This document shows, piece by piece, positions 15,825 to 20,090 of a DNA stretch of 20,090 nt; the stretch's first letter is position 1, and the number at the start of each line of letters is the position of its first letter. The notes under the pieces are model-generated. The model made no database searches. It worked only from the letters and a program-made list of their open reading frames with translations, and had not been told where the DNA came from. This DNA comes from Acidobacteriota bacterium (GTDB lineage Bacteria > Acidobacteriota > Holophagae > Acanthopleuribacterales > Acanthopleuribacteraceae): the NCBI GenBank assembly GCA_030066195.1, contig JASJCB010000204.1, forward strand, positions 1-20,090. The letters are read 5' to 3'. A program made the translations under genes and the position numbers.

Positions 15825-16618
15825 CCCACCTGCAACGAGACTATTTCCACGATACCGGGTACCTGGCCCCGTTGCCGCTGTTGTCTCGGGAAGAAGCGGA
15901 GGTCTACCGTCAGCGCGCCGACCGAACGCGGCAACACTTGCACGGCGAGGACCTGGTGCAGCCCCATCTGTTCTTCGATTGGGCTCGCGAACTGGCCTTA
16001 TTACCACGAGTTCTGGACGCGGTGGAAAGCCTGATCGGTGCCGATATCCTGGTCCACAGCACCTCGCTCTTCTGGAAAGCGCCGGGGGACGGCGTTTTTG
16101 TCTCCTGGCATCAGGACGGTTATTATTGGCGGTTGTCGGAGCCCGAGGTCGTCTCGGCTTGGATCGCCCTGTCCGTCAGCAACCGGGAAGCGGGCTGCCT
16201 TCAGGTGATTCCCGGCAGTCAGCGGGACGGCGTTGTTCTTCATACCGAACGCCGCGCCCCCGGGAACATGTTGCGAAGCGGGTTGACCGTCGATCTCGAT
16301 GTGGACCCTGAACGCGCTGTCGCCGTGGAACTGACGTCCGGGCAGTTTTCCCTTCACCACGTCGATCTGGTTCACGGCTCCCGACCCAATACCTCCGATC
16401 AGGCTCGGGTTGGTTTTGCGGTGCGCTATATTCCTGCCGGGGTTCGCCAGGATTTCCCGCACCATGAAGTTATTCAAGCCAGGGGCGTGGATGACGCGGG
16501 GAATTATGCACATTGGGACGCCGAATTCAACGATGAAGAAGAGGCCCTGCGCGCCCATGCCCGCTTTAAAAAACGCCTGCGCACTTTTCGATTGGGCAAC
16601 AATAAGGAGAAAGCATGA
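15815..16618 (+). CDS. Phytanoyl-CoA dioxygenase (PhyH)-family Fe(II)/2-oxoglutarate-dependent oxygenase.
   Basis: WHQDGYYW...VSAWIALS...GCLQVIPGSQ...HHVDLVHGSRPN motifs (HxD...H facial triad) match the PhyH family. 10-nt overlap with the upstream GT4 gene. Confidence 0.75.
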   Translation: MSLTHLQRDYFHDTGYLAPLPLLSREEAEVYRQRADRTRQHLHGEDLVQPHLFFDWARELALLPRVLDAVESLIGADILVHSTSLFWKAPGDGVFVSWHQDGYYWRLSEPEVVSAWIALSVSNREAGCLQVIPGSQRDGVVLHTERRAPGNMLRSGLTVDLDVDPERAVAVELTSGQFSLHHVDLVHGSRPNTSDQARVGFAVRYIPAGVRQDFPHHEVIQARGVDDAGNYAHWDAEFNDEEEALRAHARFKKRLRTFRLGNNKEKA

Positions 16619-17472
16619 ATCCCATGCTCAAGAAGCTGGGGTTCGGCCCCAAGGATCGGGTTTGCATCATCCATGCCGATGACCTGGGGATGAGCGGCCG
16701 TGAACTGCCGGCTTTTGAGGATTTGCTGGACAGCGGCCTGCCGCTTTCCGGTTCGGTGATGGCGCCCTGCTCCGGCTTTGAGGAGGTCGCCGCTTGGGCC
16801 GTCGCACATGAAGAGGCCGACTTGGGCGTCCATCTCACCTTGACCAGCGAATGGGACGATTGGCGCTGGAAACCGTTGACCGGCGGAGCAAGTCTGCTGG
16901 ATTCGGAAGCTTGTTTAGCCAAAACCGTCGCCCTGCTGAACCGACATGCGGAGCCCGAGGACGTTCGCCGTGAGCTGTCGGCCCAAATCGAACGTGTCCG
17001 AAATGCCGGTATGAAACCCACGCATCTGGATTGCCATATGTACACCAGCCTGGCCGCGCCCTTTTTCGATATCTATTTAGACCTGGCCCTGGAGTGGAAC
17101 CTGCCGTCTTTCATCCCCCGGGAAGATCCCCGCTGGACCGGCGATCCCGGGTATAGAAGGGAACGGGTGAACGTTTGGGAACAGGCGGGTCGGCCGATTT
17201 TCGACACCCTGATGACCATGAAGAACCGGCCCGGCGACCGCTTGGAACAAGCCGTATCCAATATAACCAACCTGCCTGTCGGTCTGTCCTATGTTCTGCT
17301 GCATCCCGTCAAACCCGGCGGCGAACCGCTGACCCCGGACTGGCATTACCGCGAACAGGATTATGAAGCCTTCATCAGCCCTCGCTTTCGGGATGTTTTA
17401 AGGCAATCCGATGTACAATGTATCAGCTACAAAACACTGTTGCAGGAGCTCCCTAATGCCCGCCCTGAATGA
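16615..17472 (+). CDS. ChbG/HpnK/YdjC-family carbohydrate deacetylase.
   Basis: N-terminal RVCIIHADDLGMS matches the YdjC-family metal-binding motif (xIxxADDFG). ATGA start/stop overlap with the PhyH gene. Confidence 0.65.
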   Translation: MNPMLKKLGFGPKDRVCIIHADDLGMSGRELPAFEDLLDSGLPLSGSVMAPCSGFEEVAAWAVAHEEADLGVHLTLTSEWDDWRWKPLTGGASLLDSEACLAKTVALLNRHAEPEDVRRELSAQIERVRNAGMKPTHLDCHMYTSLAAPFFDIYLDLALEWNLPSFIPREDPRWTGDPGYRRERVNVWEQAGRPIFDTLMTMKNRPGDRLEQAVSNITNLPVGLSYVLLHPVKPGGEPLTPDWHYREQDYEAFISPRFRDVLRQSDVQCISYKTLLQELPNARPE

Positions 17473-18673
17473 GATCTTTCCCCATATTCTGTGCATCAAC
17501 CTGGATCGCAGACCCGAACGCTGGTCCGCTACTCAAGAGGAATTCGACCGCTTGCAAATCACCGGCGTCACACGAATTGCGGCCGTGGATGCTCGTCAAT
17601 TGCAGATCCCCGACCGCTGGAGCGATCCGCCTGGAGCCTACGGCTGTCTGCAAAGTCACCTGAAGGCGGTGCGTCACGCCCGCGATCAGGGTTGGCCGCA
17701 CGTGCTTATCTTGGAAGACGATGTGGTCTTTGCGAACGACCTGCACGAGCGACTCGCCGAGATTGCCGGCGAGTTGCCGGAAAAATGGGCCATGCTGTCC
17801 CTGGGCGGCATCCATCGCGAGGCGCCGGGAGAATACTCGACCGGGTTGTGCCGCATGCGTCAAACCCTTTCCACTCACGCCTACGCCTTGAGCGCCTGGT
17901 TCTATGATGCCTTCATCCAGGCGCATCAGGAGGAAAACGATCCGGTGGACGTGACCAATACCTGCCTGCAACGGGACCATCCCTGTTTCTGCGCCATGCC
18001 CCATCTCGCCTGGCAGCGGGACGGCTGGTCGGATGTTCAGCTGGAGCGCGAGAGCCACTGGTCGATCCGGGAATCGCTGGTGCTGGTGGGTGATTCGATG
18101 GACCTGTTGCTGCGCCACACCACCGTGGTGATCGCCTACAACGGCTCCGGCGGACCCGCGAACCTGAGCCATGTCATGCGCTTCTACGGCGAGAACTATC
18201 CCGACATGGAGATTCTGGTTATCGGCAACCGACCCGCGCCTTGGACCAAGGAACCGCCCGTTCCCTCGCGATATTTCCAAGTTGCCGAGGATGCGGAACG
18301 CGACGAAATGCTGCGCTTCGGCTACAGCTTTGCGCGCAAACCCAACCAGATCTTCATCTTCACCGATGCCGACGTGGTGCCCACCCGCGAACGCTACATC
18401 CGGGCGGCGGTAAGGATGTGCGAAAAGGTAGACGGGGCATCGGGATTTGCCCAATTGATTACCTTGAACAAAGACGACAGCATGCGCGTGCGCCGAGGTC
18501 AACAGAAAGCGGTGGATCTTGAGTCATACGAACCTATGTCAGATCTTCCGGCGGACCGGGCCTTATGCATTGTCACTCGCGACGGATTGGATCGCCTGGG
18601 CGGCTGGTTCCCGGAAGACCTGGGGGAGTTGGACCTCTACCCGTCACCCAACCGGGCGTTGCGGTTAAGTTGA
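17456..18673 (+). CDS. Two-domain glycosyltransferase: N-terminal GT25 (Lic2B/LgtB-like LPS glycosyltransferase) fused to a C-terminal GT-A/GT2-like domain with a DxD motif. Start probably the ATG at 17456 (track ORF begins at 17411).
   Basis: ILCINLDRRPERW...AAVDARQL matches the GT25 N-terminus. The C-terminal half has VVIAYNG...FIFTDADVVP (DAD). 17-nt overlap with the upstream gene. Confidence 0.65.
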   Translation: MPALNEIFPHILCINLDRRPERWSATQEEFDRLQITGVTRIAAVDARQLQIPDRWSDPPGAYGCLQSHLKAVRHARDQGWPHVLILEDDVVFANDLHERLAEIAGELPEKWAMLSLGGIHREAPGEYSTGLCRMRQTLSTHAYALSAWFYDAFIQAHQEENDPVDVTNTCLQRDHPCFCAMPHLAWQRDGWSDVQLERESHWSIRESLVLVGDSMDLLLRHTTVVIAYNGSGGPANLSHVMRFYGENYPDMEILVIGNRPAPWTKEPPVPSRYFQVAEDAERDEMLRFGYSFARKPNQIFIFTDADVVPTRERYIRAAVRMCEKVDGASGFAQLITLNKDDSMRVRRGQQKAVDLESYEPMSDLPADRALCIVTRDGLDRLGGWFPEDLGELDLYPSPNRALRLS

Positions 18674-18700
18674 TTAAAGCAAATAGGGGGTTGCGCGGAC

Positions 18701-18719
18701 GCGGCCCTGGGAGGGCCGC
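18701..18719. terminator. Hairpin GCGGCCCT-GGG-AGGGCCGC, 28 nt after the GT operon stop. Weak U-tract on either strand, so possibly a bidirectional terminator.
   Basis: 8-bp perfect inverted repeat read from the sequence, positioned between convergent genes. Confidence 0.35.
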
Positions 18720-18866
18720 CTGCAAAATGTTGGTTTAATACCCAAAACCATCTCTGATTGTCATAACATACCTCCTTCTTTGCTGCGCTTGGAGCGCATC
18801 TCTACCATAAATATAGATCCTCCAAGCCGTCTTCGCAAGGGACATTTTGGCACTTCCCTTCTTCAC

Positions 18867-19523
18867 CTAGGCTACCAACTTACTAACATAGGCGCCCACT
18901 ACGCCGGAGGCAATAAGCCCTAGCACATACAGAATAAAACTAGCGCCCACCCGCATTCTTTTACAAATTCCCGTCACCTTTGCATGTTCAAGCGGCCGAA
19001 CCTGTCCGATTGGGAATAATAAATCTCCTGTTTCCATGATGTTATGATCTGGTTTGGGATCCAGAAGCTTCCTTCTTTTTCCCGGCGTTACAGTTATGTG
19101 CACAAGATCCGCGTGGCAATCATGAGAAACCATCGTCTGTAGGAACATATGTTCTCTGAACCAGTCTCCAATAATTCTAAAGGGCTTGGAAACCGTGTAA
19201 CTGAATGAAAAGCTAAATTCGTCATCCATTTCCAAGTCTTTCCCGTACAAAATACTTATTTTTGTACCACCTTCCACGGACTCTTTTTTTGCTTGGAGGC
19301 TGTGGTCCTCAGAGATATAAGCACTTAGGTCTTGGATTTGGTCAACACCGACTTTGTGTTGCCAGTCACGATGGACTAAATCACCGATGACCCTGATGAC
19401 ATAAGAATAGGTATACCTGACTTTGTTTTTTTCTGTTAGATCTAATCCGTATTTAAGGGATACTATTTTTATTGTTGGGTCTATCGGAGTATTTGCTCTA
19501 TAGACATCATCTTTGTAAACCAT
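18867..19523 (-). CDS. Hypothetical 218-aa protein with a single C-terminal TM helix (tail-anchored), encoded in an AT-rich (~40% GC) islet. Likely horizontally acquired. Function unknown.
   Basis: Clean ORF with AT-rich codon usage unlike its neighbours. C-terminal ASFILYVLGLIASGVVGAYVSKLVA hydrophobic segment. No recognisable motifs. Confidence 0.45.
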   Translation of the reverse strand: MVYKDDVYRANTPIDPTIKIVSLKYGLDLTEKNKVRYTYSYVIRVIGDLVHRDWQHKVGVDQIQDLSAYISEDHSLQAKKESVEGGTKISILYGKDLEMDDEFSFSFSYTVSKPFRIIGDWFREHMFLQTMVSHDCHADLVHITVTPGKRRKLLDPKPDHNIMETGDLLFPIGQVRPLEHAKVTGICKRMRVGASFILYVLGLIASGVVGAYVSKLVA

Positions 19524-19733
19524 TGTTCAATCCCCAAAGAAAGTTATTTATTTACATAAACTTAATGTGACCATTCAAGCCTACTACCCTGGAAAACCAA
19601 AGTCAAGTATAAGGAAAACGTAAAAGAGGTTAGGATTTAGTGGGTTTGCCTGAATTGCCATGCATCATGGTTGTACCATGAGGGAGCTTGCGTGTTAGGA
19701 TTTACGCGACAGAATTCACTTCAGGAGGGTCCC

Positions 19734-20090
19734 ATGCGAAAGGGTTTCCTAATTTTGCTTTGTCTATCGACCACGATTATTTTTTCAAATGATGAGGAAC
19801 GAATTTTCAAAACCGATGCCGTGGCTTTGGTTCAGGGTGAGGAAGTCAGCGGCGCGCCTTCTTTCGAGGCGAAACATCAGGGCGTTACCTATCTGTTTGC
19901 TTCCAAGGCCAATCGCGACACCTTTTTGAAGGACCCGGATCGCTATGCGCTGCAACTGGGCGGCGCTTGTGCGCGCATGGGCCCCTTGAGCGGCAAGGGC
20001 AATCCAGAAATCTTCACTGTTCATGAGGAAAAACTGTACGTGTTCGGCTCGCAGGGATGCCGTGATATCTTCCTGGAAGATCCCGCCAAA
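19734..20090 (+). CDS. Secreted protein with two tandem YHS-like (TRASH-like) domains. The 3' end lies beyond the window.
   Basis: AGGAGGG RBS. Signal peptide MRKGFLILLCLSTTIIFS. Two repeats ending ...TYLFASKANRDTFLKDPDRYA and ...LYVFGSQGCRDIFLEDPAK resemble the YHS consensus (YYFCSxxCxxxFxxNPxxY). In frame to the window end. Confidence 0.45.
   Translation, partial: MRKGFLILLCLSTTIIFSNDEERIFKTDAVALVQGEEVSGAPSFEAKHQGVTYLFASKANRDTFLKDPDRYALQLGGACARMGPLSGKGNPEIFTVHEEKLYVFGSQGCRDIFLEDPAK

Noticed and set aside
17453-18502. 349-aa antisense ORF opposite the GT25 gene, plus small ORFs at 17073..17346 - and 17469..17907 +.
   Set aside because: The sense strand carries recognisable GT25 and GT-A motifs and is translationally coupled to the upstream genes. 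The antisense products are frame shadows.

Overview
High-GC (~60%) bacterial chromosomal window, probably proteobacterial, with three AT-rich islets. Gene order: AraC-family regulator (2..859). AT-rich islet with a small secreted 4-Cys peptide (1045..1269) and an NHL-repeat protein fragment (1282..2238). Then a tightly linked three-gene cassette. NfeD/YqiJ-like membrane protein carrying an in-frame (Asp-Val)n hexanucleotide repeat (2595..3290). An 793-aa flotillin/SPFH protein with an expanded E/A/K-rich coiled-coil tail (3389..5770). A giant 1805-aa protein (5831..11248) with a ~1250-aa N-terminal region I cannot assign and a C-terminal AAA+ (AAA_5/MoxR/McrB-like) ATPase core. Next, two secreted proteins: a right-handed beta-helix protein (11388..12368) and a TPR-like protein (12519..13487). 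A minus-strand LVIVD-repeat beta-propeller gene (13554..14348) is cut off at its 5' end by a ~370-bp array of 42-bp hairpin repeats (14355..14727). The array has 5 direct plus 3 inverted units, a conserved 7-bp stem and variable 7-nt loops. Then a translationally coupled 4-gene glycan-modification operon: GT4, PhyH-type Fe/2OG dioxygenase, ChbG/HpnK deacetylase, GT25-GT2 fusion (14823..18673). An AT-rich islet follows with a tail-anchored 218-aa orphan on the minus strand (18867..19523). The window ends with a partial secreted tandem YHS-like protein (19734..20090). Most novel candidates: the NfeD-flotillin-giant AAA+ ATPase module and the hairpin-repeat array that disrupts the LVIVD gene. No rRNA, tRNA or CRISPR recognised. 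Many antisense and alternative-frame ORFs in the track are GC-rich frame shadows.
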